Shown: piece after piece, positions 45,001-54,976 of the stretch
Position numbering within the stretch: the first letter of the stretch is position 1
How the letters are laid out: the number at the start of each line of letters is the position of its first letter
Assembly: GCA_964016885.1 (NCBI GenBank)
Contig: OZ024741.1
Location: forward strand, 367,350,001 to 367,414,000
Direction: 5' to 3'
DNA: 64,000 nt
Origin: Eledone cirrhosa
Lineage: Eukaryota
The notes under the pieces: generated by a model
The model's database searches: none
What the model was told of the DNA's origin: nothing
Seen by the model: only the letters and a program-made list of their open reading frames with translations
Position numbers and translations under genes: made by a program

Positions 45001-48000
45001 CTGTCTGTGTATCTGTATGTGTTTCTGTCTGTGTATCTGTATGTGTCTCTGTCTGTGTATCTGTATGTGTTTCTGTCTGTGTATCTGTACGTGTCTCTGT
45101 CTGTGTATCTGTCTGTGTTCCTGTATATGTATCTGTCTGTGTATCTGTATGTGTATCTGTCTGTGTATCTGTTTTTGTATCTGTCTGTGTATATGTCTGT
45201 GTATCTGTCTGTGTCTCTGTCTGTGTCTCTGTCTTTGTCTCTGTCTGTGTATCTGTATGTATATATGTCTGTGTATCTGTCTGTGTCTCTGTCTGTGTCT
45301 CTGTCTGTGTCTCTGTCTGTGTATCTGTCTGTGTATCTGTCTGTGTATCTGTATGTGTATCTGTATGTGTATCTGTCTGTGTATCTGTCTGTGTATCTGT
45401 CTGTGTATCTGTCTGTGTATCTGTCTGTGTCTCTGTCTCTGTCTGTGTATCTGTCTGTGTATCTGTCTGTGTATCTCTCTGTGTATCTGTCTGTGTATCT
45501 GTATGTGTATCTGTCTGTGTCTGTGTATCTGTCTGTGTATCTGTCTGTGTATCTGTCTGTGTTTCTGTCTGTGTATCTGTCTGTGTATCTGTCTGTGTCT
45601 CTGTCTGTGTATCTGTATGTGTATCTGTATGTGTATCTGTCTGTGTATCTGTATGTGTATCTGTCTGTGTATCTGTCTGTGTTTCTGTCTGTGTATCTGT
45701 CTGTGTATCTGTCCTTGTCTCTGTCTGTGTATCTGTCTGTGTATCTGTCTGTGTATCTGTATGTGTATCTGTATGTGTCTCTGTCTGTGTATCTGTATGT
45801 GTTTCTGTCTGTGTATCTGTCTGTGCTTCTGTCTGTGTATCTGTCTGTGTATCTGTCTGTGTATCTGTCTGTGTATCTGGCTGTGTATCTGTCTGTGTAT
45901 CTGTATGTGTCTCTGTCTGTGTATCTGTCTGTGTATCTGTATGTGTATCTGTCTGTGTATCTGTCTGTTTATCTGTCTGTGTATCTGTCTGTGTATCTGT
46001 ATGTGTATCTGTCTGTGTATCTGTCTGTGTATCTGTCTGTGTATCTGTATGTGTCTCTGTCTGTGTTTCTGTCTGTGTATCTGTCTGTGTATCTGTCTGT
46101 GTATCTGTCTGTGTATCTGTCTGTTTATCTGTCTGTGTATCTCTCTGTGTATCTGTCTGTGTATCTGTCTGTGTCTGTGTATCTGTCTGTGTATCTGTAT
46201 GTGTTTCTGTCTGTGTATCTGTATGTGTTTCTGTCTGTGTATCTGTATGTGTCTCTGTCTGTGTATCTGTATGTGTTTCTGTCTGTGTATCTGTCTGTGT
46301 TTCTGTCTGTGTATCTGTCTGTGTTTCTGTCTGTGTATCTGTCTGTGTTTCTGTCTGTGTATCTGTATGTGTCTCTGTCTGTGTATCTGTATGTGTTTCT
46401 GTCTGTGTATCTGTCTGTGTTTCTGTCTGTGTATCTGTCTGTGTATCTGTCGGTGTATCTGTCTGTGTTTCTGTCTGTGTATCTGTATGTGTATCTGTAT
46501 GTGTATCTGTCTGTGTATCTGTATGTGTATCTGTCTGTGTCTGTGTATCTGTCTGTGTATCTGTATGTGTTTCTGTCTGTGTATCTGTCTGTGTTTCTGT
46601 CTGTGTATCTGTCTGTGTATCTGTCGGTGTATCTGTCTGTGTTTCTGTCTGTGTATCTGTATGTGTATCTGTATGTGTCTCTGTCTGTGTCTCTGTCTGT
46701 GTCTCTGTCTGTGTCTCTGTCTGTGTATCTGTATGTGTATCTGTCTGTGTATCTGTATGTGTATCTGTATGTGTATCTGTCTGTGTATCTGTATGTGTAT
46801 CTGTCTGTGTATCTGTATGTGTATCTGTATGTGTATGTGTCTGTGTATCTGTATGTGTATCTGTCTGTGTATCTGTCTGTGTATCTGTATGTGTATCTGT
46901 CTGTGTTTCTGTCTGTGTATCTGTCTGTGTATCTGTATGTGTATCTGTCTGTGTATCTGTATGTGTATCTGTCTGTGTTTCTGTATGTGTATCTGTATGT
47001 TTATCTGTATGTGTATCTGTCTGTGTATCTGTATGTGTATCTGTATGTGTATCTGTATGTGTTTCTGTATGTGTATCTGTATGTGTATCTGTCTGTGTAT
47101 CTGTCTGTGTATCTGTATGTGTATCTGTCTGTGTGTATCTGTCTGTGTATCTGTATTTGTATCTGTCTGTGTCTCTGTCTGTGTCTCTGTCTGTGTATCT
47201 GTATGTGTATCTGTCTGTGTATCTGTATGTGTATCTGTATGTGTATCTGTTTGTGTTTCTGTATGTGTATCTGTCTGTGTATCTGTATGTGTATCTGTCT
47301 GTGTCTCTGTCTGTGTCTCTGTCTGTGTCTCTGTCTGTGTATCTGTCTGTGTCTCTGTCTGTGTCTCTGTCTGTGTCTCTGTCTGTGTATCTGTCTGTGT
47401 ATCTGTCTGTGTATCTGTATGTGTATCTGTCTGTGTATCTGTCTGTGTTTCTGTCTGTGTATCTGTATGTGTATCTGTCTGTGTATCTGTATGTGTCTCT
47501 GTCTGTGTCTCTGTCTGTGTATCTGTCTGTGTATCTGTCTGTGTATCTGTCTGTGTATCTGTCTGTCTATTTGTCTGTGTATCTGTCTGTGTATCTGTCT
47601 GTGTATCTGTCTGTGTATCTGTATGTGTTTCTGTCTGTGTATCTGTATGTGTCTCTATCTGTGTATCTGTATGTGTTTCTGTCTGTGTATCTGTCTGTGT
47701 TTCTGTCTGTGTATCTGTCTGTGTTTCTGTCTGTGTATCTGTCTGTGTTTCTGTCTGTGTATCTGTATGTGTCTCTGTCTGTGTATCTGTATGTGTTTCT
47801 GTCTGTGTATCTGTCTGTGTTTCTGTCTGTGTATCTGTCTGTGTATCTGTCGGTGTATCTGTCTGTGTATCTGTCTGTGTATCTGTATGTGTATCTGTCT
47901 GTGTCTGTGTATCTGTCTGTGTATCTGTCTGTGTATCTGTCTGTGTATCTGTCTGTGTCTGTGTATCTGTCTGTGTATCTGTCTGTGTCTGTGTATCTGT

Positions 48001-50971
48001 CTGTGTATCTGTATGTGTATCTGTATGTGTCTCTGTCTGTGTATCTGTATGTGTTTCTGTGTGTGTATCTGTATGTGTATCTGTCTGTGTTTCTGTCTGT
48101 GTATCTGTCTGTGTCTCTGTCTGTGTCTCTGTCTGTGTATCTGTCTGTGTATCTGTCTGTGTATCTGTCTGTGTATCTGTCTGTGTTTCTGTCTGTGTAT
48201 CTGTATGTGTATCTGTCTGTGTTTCTGTCTGTGTATCTGTCTGTGTATCTGTCTGTTTCTCTGTCTGTGTATCTGTATGTGTATCTGTATGTGTATCTGT
48301 CTGTGTATCTGTCTGTGTTTCTGTCTGTGTATCTGTCTGTGTTTCTGTCTGTGTATCTGTATGTGTATCTGTCTGTGTATCTGTCTGTGTTTCTGTCTGT
48401 GTATCTGTCTGTGTATCTGTCTGTGTATCTGTCTGTGTATCTGTCTGTGTATCTGTCTGTGTATCTGTCTGTGTTTCTGTCTGTGTATCTGTATGTGTAG
48501 CTGTATGTGTATCTGTATGTGTATCTGTATGTTTATCTGTCTGTGTCTGTGTATCTGTCTGTGTATCTGTATGTGTATCTGTATGTGTCTCTGTCTGTGT
48601 ATCTGTATGTGTTTCTGTCTGTGTATCTGTCTGTGTTTCTGTCTGTGTATCTGTCTGTGTATCTGTCTGTGTATCTGTCTGTGTATCTGTCTGTGTTTCT
48701 GTCTGTGTATCTGTATGTGTTTCTGTCTGTGTATCTGTATGTGTCTCTGTCTGTGTATCTGTATGTGTTTCTGTCTGTGTATCTGTACGTGTCTCTGTCT
48801 GTGTATCTGTCTGTGTTCCTGTATATGTATCTGTCTGTGTATCTGTATGTGTATCTGTCTGTGTATCTGTTTTTGTATCTGTCTGTGTATATGTCTGTGT
48901 ATCTGTCTGTGTCTCTGTCTGTGTCTCTGTCTTTGTCTCTGTCTGTGTATCTGTATGTATATATGTCTGTGTATCTGTCTGTGTCTCTGTCTGTGTCTCT
49001 GTCTGTGTCTCTGTCTGTGTATCTGTCTGTGTATCTGTCTGTGTATCTGTATGTGTATCTGTATGTGTATCTGTCTGTGTATCTGTCTGTGTATCTGTCT
49101 GTGTATCTGTCTGTGTATCTGTCTGTGTCTCTGTCTCTGTCTGTGTATCTGTCTGTGTATCTGTCTGTGTATCTCTCTGTGTATCTGTCTGTGTATCTGT
49201 ATGTGTATCTGTCTGTGTCTGTGTATCTGTCTGTGTATCTGTCTGTGTATCTGTCTGTGTTTCTGTCTGTGTATCTGTCTGTGTATCTGTCTGTGTCTCT
49301 GTCTGTGTATCTGTATGTGTATCTGTATGTGTATCTGTCTGTGTATCTGTATGTGTATCTGTCTGTGTATCTGTCTGTGTTTCTGTCTGTGTATCTGTCT
49401 GTGTATCTGTCCTTGTCTCTGTCTGTGTATCTGTCTGTGTATCTGTCTGTGTATCTGTATGTGTATCTGTATGTGTCTCTGTCTGTGTATCTGTATGTGT
49501 TTCTGTCTGTGTATCTGTCTGTGCTTCTGTCTGTGTATCTGTCTGTGTATCTGTCTGTGTATCTGTCTGTGTATCTGGCTGTGTATCTGTCTGTGTATCT
49601 GTATGTGTCTCTGTCTGTGTATCTGTCTGTGTATCTGTATGTGTATCTGTCTGTGTATCTGTCTGTTTATCTGTCTGTGTATCTGTCTGTGTATCTGTAT
49701 GTGTATCTGTCTGTGTATCTGTCTGTGTATCTGTCTGTGTATCTGTATGTGTCTCTGTCTGTGTTTCTGTCTGTGTATCTGTCTGTGTATCTGTCTGTGT
49801 ATCTGTCTGTGTATCTGTCTGTTTATCTGTCTGTGTATCTCTCTGTGTATCTGTCTGTGTATCTGTCTGTGTCTGTGTATCTGTCTGTGTATCTGTATGT
49901 GTTTCTGTCTGTGTATCTGTATGTGTTTCTGTCTGTGTATCTGTATGTGTCTCTGTCTGTGTATCTGTATGTGTTTCTGTCTGTGTATCTGTCTGTGTTT
50001 CTGTCTGTGTATCTGTCTGTGTTTCTGTCTGTGTATCTGTCTGTGTTTCTGTCTGTGTATCTGTATGTGTCTCTGTCTGTGTATCTGTATGTGTTTCTGT
50101 CTGTGTATCTGTCTGTGTTTCTGTCTGTGTATCTGTCTGTGTATCTGTCGGTGTATCTGTCTGTGTTTCTGTCTGTGTATCTGTATGTGTATCTGTATGT
50201 GTATCTGTCTGTGTATCTGTATGTGTATCTGTCTGTGTCTGTGTATCTGTCTGTGTATCTGTCTGTGTATCTGTCTGTGTTTCTGTCTGTGTATCTGTCT
50301 GTGTATCTGTCTGTGTCTCTGTCTGTGTATCTGTATGTGTATCTGTATGTGTATCTGTCTGTGTATCTGTCTGTGTTTCTGTCTGTGTATCTGTCTGTGT
50401 TTCTGTCTGTGTATCTGTATGTGTATCTGTCTGTGTATCTGTCTGTGTTTCTGTCTGTGTATCTGTCTGTGTATCTGTCTGTGTCTCTGTCTGTGTATCT
50501 GTCTGTGTATCTGTCTGTGTATCTGTATGTGTATCCGTATGTGTCTCTGTCTGTGTATCTGTATGTGTTTCTGTCTGTGTATCTGTCTGTGTTTCTGTCT
50601 GTTTATCTGTCTGTGTATCTGTCTGTGTATCTGTCTGTGTATCTGTCTGTGTATCTGTCTGTGTATCTGTATGTGTCTCTGTCTGTGTATCTGTCTGTGT
50701 ATCTGTATGTGTATCTGTCTGTGTATCTGTCTGTTTATCTGTCTGTGTATCTGTCTGTGTATCTGTACGTGTATCTGTCTGTGTCTCTGTCTGTGTATCT
50801 GTCTGTGTCTGTGTATCTGTCTGTGTCTCTGTCTGTGTATCTGTCTTTGTATCTGTCTGTGTTTCTGTCTGTGTGTCTGTGTCTGTGTATCTGTCTGTGT
50901 ATCTGTCTGTGTATCTGTATGTGTCTCTGTCTGTGTATCTGTATGTGTATCTGTCTGTGTATCTGTGTCTG
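1..50971. repeat. Giant 12-bp tandem satellite, consensus TCTGTGTATCTG (main variants TATGTGTATCTG, TCTGTGTCTCTG, TCTGTGTTTCTG); about 4,250 units, truncated by the window start
   Basis: Directly visible 12-bp periodicity throughout; T at every second position; ends abruptly at ...ATCTGTGTCTG|GCTCTGTTCC near 50971. Copy number is length divided by 12. Confidence 0.99.
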
Positions 50972-50999
50972 GCTCTGTTCCTAATGCTTGTCTGGGATG

Positions 51000-51463
51000 A
51001 ATAGGAGTGACACTATCCCACTTACATATAAATAGGAGTGACAGTATCCCACTTACATATAAATAGGTGTGACACTATCCCACTTACATATAAATAGGAG
51101 TGACAGTATCCCACTTACATATAAATAGGAGTGACAGTATCCCACTTACATATAAATAGGAGTGACAGTATCCCACTTACATATAAATAGGAGTGACAGT
51201 ATCCCACTTACATATAAATAGGAGTGACAGTATCCCACTTACATATAAATAGGAGTGACACTATCCCACTTACATATAAATAGGAGTGACAGTATCCCAC
51301 TTACATATAAATAGGAGTGACACTATCCCACTTACATATAAATAGGAGTGACAGTATCCCACTTACATATAAATAGGAGTGACAGTATCCCACTTACATA
51401 TAAATAGGACTGACAGTATCCCACTTACATATAAATAGGAGTGACAGTATCCCACTTACATAT
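51000..51463. repeat. 31-bp minisatellite, 15 copies of ATAGGAGTGACA(G/C)TATCCCACTTACATATAA
   Basis: Units start at 51001 and every 31 bp to 51435; variation limited to CAG/CAC and two single substitutions; no spacers. Confidence 0.98.
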
Positions 51464-51674
51464 GGGCTAAATGATCCTGTGATTGCGAAGCGAACTTCCT
51501 AACTATTCGGCCATGTTGCATCCACAAGAATAAGAATCTATATTACAAACTGATCTGACAGTCTGGTTTTACAGGCTGTGACGAAGCACAGCCCAGTAAA
51601 CTCCCAGACTGACCCCATGAAGACAAACTAGATGTGGTGTTGCTGCCCACTTAACCTATATACAAATCCTGCCT

Positions 51675-51790
51675 TAAAGGATGAAAGGCGAAGTTGATCA
51701 TGGCAGGATTAACATTTTCAAAACGTAAAATGCCGGAACAAATATCGTAAGGCATTATTTTGTCTGACAATCCATTGCTCGCTTCTTCAG
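51675..51790 (-). mobile_element. Decayed SINE-like fragment (5' part, reverse orientation)
   Basis: AAAGGATGAAAGGCGAAGTTGA...AAACGTAAAATGCCGGAACAAATATCGTAAGGCATT resembles, from memory, the reverse complement of an abundant octopus tRNA-derived SINE head. Not verified by search. Confidence 0.45.
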
Positions 51791-52226
51791 CCCCCCCCCC
51801 CCTCCTCGCGGCAGGTAAATAAATAAACGAAATCATTACACTGTGTGAACTGTTTGTACTTAATTTTGTTAACCTGTCATTAACAACAAAATTTCACATG
51901 ACATAATGTATTCACCAGTTATGTGTGACAGTCGACACTTCTCACACGTTATGTTATACTTTCTTTACTCTGACAAGACGAAGAAAAAATAACAAGAACA
52001 CAAACGGCAACAAAATATATTTTACATTATCAATTGACAAGGACACCCTAGCAAACTGCAGGAAATTAGAAAAGTATTAAATATAAACAGACTATAAAAT
52101 AATGTTCAACCTTTGCGTGGTCCCCTTTAGGTGAATTGCATTACACCTTTTACTCTCCGTACTTCTACGGAAAAATATATAAATTATTTTATTCCGAATA
52201 AATTTACAGACGCATGTTTCGACATT

Positions 52227-52950
52227 TCATGCCTGCCATCTTTTCTCCCTGTACTCCTGCACAAGTTGTGGGTAATTTCCTTCCAAGATGTGGTCGAACT
52301 CTTCTTCACGCGGGACCGTGAGTTCAACCAGGATCATCTTTTTCACCTTCTTAGACCACAAAACCACATATGGTTTCAAGGTTTCTGGACAATCTGGGGA
52401 AACTGCAACCTTTTTTCCCAGATCAACCTTTATATCCCGCGACTGGGCCATTTCTAGTAGACCTCATGTTGTTCCAATTGTGGTAGTTGGCTTCTCCCCC
52501 TTTTTCACAAACCTGATTGTTTGGTATTCCCTGTGTTTCTGTTGATCCAGAGTATTGGCAAATGCCATGAGCACCTTGTCATGGTGTCATCTATATCCAG
52601 ACCTGGTAACTCTCGCCCCCCGTCCGACGAGATCTCCTATCCACTTTAGGAGTGGGTGAGAAATGTCTTCTCTTGTGAACATGGGTATAGCTTTCATTAT
52701 GTAAAATCTCCCTATTTTGCCTCATTTCTCCTCGTTTTGGGGCACTTTTTTTCATGGTACTTCCCGTTTGGGTTTTTAGAGATTGGTAGGTCTGTATATC
52801 TCCATTGGGTAAATGCTGATAGAGTATGCACAGTGATGCCCTTCTTTCCACAGAGCGTACACGATCCGTTCTCCCTCATGCCCCACCTATGTAAATTTGT
52901 TAGTCAGTAGGGTGGCATATACCGCTCGCAACAGGAAGGAAAGTAGAGAA
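52227..52950 (-). pseudogene. Relic C-terminal part of an RLE-type non-LTR retrotransposon ORF (HERO-like)
   Basis: Manual minus-strand translation: FLLRAVY.. / NLHRWGMRENGSCTLCGKKG..H (zinc knuckle) WRYR*HHDKVL..IRFVKKGEK..GLLEMAQSRDIKVDLGKK..LKPYVVLWS..MILVELTVPREE..YPQLVQEYREKRW. This matches the RHD, PD and ELTVPWE motifs of HERO-type restriction-like endonucleases; contains stops, a frameshift and an insertion. Confidence 0.85.
52598..52794. mobile_element. 197-bp non-autonomous DNA transposon (MITE-like) with CAGACCT terminal inverted repeats and 6-bp TSD TATATC
   Basis: Left end CAGACCTGGTAACTCT, right end AGAGATTGGTAGGTCTG; TATATC at 52592-52597 and 52795-52800. Excising it restores the host frame ..WRYR*HHDKVL. 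Confidence 0.85.
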
Positions 52951-53306
52951 CTATATATGATAGTATATAATTGCAGCGTCTTTTCAGAATTAGCTCGATG
53001 TGTTTCTATATTATATAGGTTTGAAGAGAAAGATTTTGAGATGTAGACATAAACACAGAGCAAGGAAAAATCTATCTTCTAAAACCATATTTATTTCCTT
53101 ACACATGTTTCAAGGGAGTTATACATTCAATTATTTGAAATATTATGAAACATTTTGCATAGTCCATATCTATATACAGGGATTGATTTATAGGCATAAT
53201 TGTACATTCCCTCTCTTCAGAGGAGCAATAGAAAGCTTCATCATTCCTGCCTAGGGTAAAATTGGTATTTCACACACATTTTCACTCCTTTTGAAACTTT
53301 CTATTT

Positions 53307-53355
53307 TCAAGTCGTTTCGACGGGTATTTCAGAAATAGCCGTCGAAACGGCTTGA
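53307..53355. repeat. Near-perfect palindrome, 24-bp arms with a 1-nt centre
   Basis: TCAAGTCGTTTCGACGGGTATTTC-A-GAAATAGCCGTCGAAACGGCTTGA; 2 mismatches between arms. Confidence 0.9.
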
Positions 53356-53462
53356 GCTCTGCCGTCGGGATCATACATTTTCCTATTATCCACTCTACTA
53401 CCCTAAGTATCGAGTACTCTGGTGCGTTATGGTCCATCTGGTTCCTTACCACAACTCCTTCG

Positions 53463-53463
<1 letters not shown>

Positions 53464-53523
<60 letters not shown>

Positions 53524-53524
53524 G

Positions 53525-53558
<34 letters not shown>
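53464..53558. repeat. (TA)n followed by (GT)n microsatellite
   Basis: Directly visible. Confidence 0.97.
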
Positions 53559-53560
<2 letters not shown>

Positions 53561-53760
53561 TTAATATCAATTTATCAATGGCCTGTTTCCAAGGTTGTCA
53601 CATTGAAATATATATTAGGAATTAATGTTATAACGTGGACATGTTTTGAGGAATAAATCTTGTGTTACTCAACATGGAGCCTGCTTAGTCTCATTGTCCT
53701 AGACCTTGTAGTTTCTGGCATATTTACACCTCAAATGATATTAAATTTCTTGAAACATCC

Positions 53761-53792
53761 TGTGTATATATATATACACACACACACATATA

Positions 53793-53887
<95 letters not shown>

Positions 53888-53897
53888 ACATATATAT

Positions 53898-53967
<70 letters not shown>
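53761..53967. repeat. Compound (TA)n/(CA)n microsatellite
   Basis: Directly visible. Confidence 0.97.
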
Positions 53968-54073
53968 GACGGTGTTGTATATTGAAATGTTCATGTAACT
54001 TAAACATTTTGATAGCCCTAACTATGAATTTTAGAAGCGGTGAATTTAACCTCTGATCTTTATCAACCAAATA

Positions 54074-54194
<121 letters not shown>

Positions 54195-54422
54195 AGGTCT
54201 ATATAGGACAGGTTGAATTGTTTTAAAAAAACTAGTCAACCGTGTTGTCACAAATAGAGCGAGCGTGAGAACATTTTCTTACTAACATGTATGTACACTC
54301 GTTTGTCAACATGCTGCACCAGAAATACAAAACACGTGTATGTGTACATGTATGTACGTATGTATGTATGTATGTATGTGCAAAAAAAAAAAAATCACTT
54401 TGCGCGGCGACATAGAAATAAT

Positions 54423-54707
54423 CGGGCTGGATGCCCGATCGCGCAGTTAAACCACTGGGAGTGAAGAACCCCTAGCCCTTGTCAGGGCATTCTTCTAGGA
54501 GAAGGCATCTCAGGAAACTGGGTTAACTCCGACATAAAACCTGCGGCTCAGTAGTTACCGATGATGTTGATCTTTTCTTCTTTTCGGGTTATAGCTACTG
54601 TCGCTCAGAGAGTGGGATTGGCTCAGTGCACAGTCTTTCCTCACTTTAAAAAATATTCGTCACGCACAGGCATTGCACGAGTGCATTAATAATTATTAAT
54701 AGTGTAC
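54423..54707 (+). mobile_element. Short interspersed element or RTE 5'UTR-like fragment
   Basis: GC-balanced block in AT-rich surroundings; contains TCTAGGAGAAGG, a motif I recall from RTE-clade 5' UTRs and derived SINEs; self-complementary head; runs into an ATT-rich tract. Confidence 0.4.
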
Positions 54708-54976
54708 TATTATTATTATTATTATTATTACAGTTGCATTTATCTTGCTTTATGTTCATACGAGTTATCACCAAGTCACAACCAGTGACCTCAAGAGACA
54801 ACAAGGTCCGCCATGTTCAGGAAAGAACATACATATTCACACATGCATCTTTAGTGTTTAGACTTGTGATGTACTTATATTGACAGAATCTTCCTTAGTA
54901 TATGGGCAGTTCCCATTAGTACTATCTTTTGTATTTCTCCTATACGCGGGTTTCCTGGGATTTGCGATATGTAATC
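54708..54976 (-). mobile_element. 5'-truncated R4/Dong-type retrotransposon (last 33 codons, 3' UTR and (AAT)n tail)
   Basis: Minus strand 54976-54875 reads DYISQIPGNPRIGEIQKIVLMGTAHILRKILSI*, homologous to the end of the neighbouring ORF (LQKACLLGTARTLRYVLNI*) but clearly divergent; (ATT)n at 54708-54730. Confidence 0.85.

Noticed and set aside
1-50971. Telomeric repeat tract
   Set aside because: No TTAGGG/TTAGG-type G runs; the GT-rich strand points toward the unique flank rather than a chromosome end; multi-kb higher-order copies imply recombination rather than telomerase synthesis.
7-51004. Giant ORFs of up to 15,932 aa (VYLS, CICL, VSVC and IHRQ repeats)
   Set aside because: The 12-mer has no stop codon in any frame, so all frames stay open; the peptides switch register at indels and show no domain or frame preference.
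51000-51463. CRISPR-like array
   Set aside because: Units are directly abutting with no unique spacers, there are no cas genes, and the context is eukaryotic.
53744-53766. Tc1/mariner-like terminal repeat (reverse complement TACACAGGATGTTTCAAGAAATTT)
   Set aside because: No matching partner end or transposase remnant found in the window.
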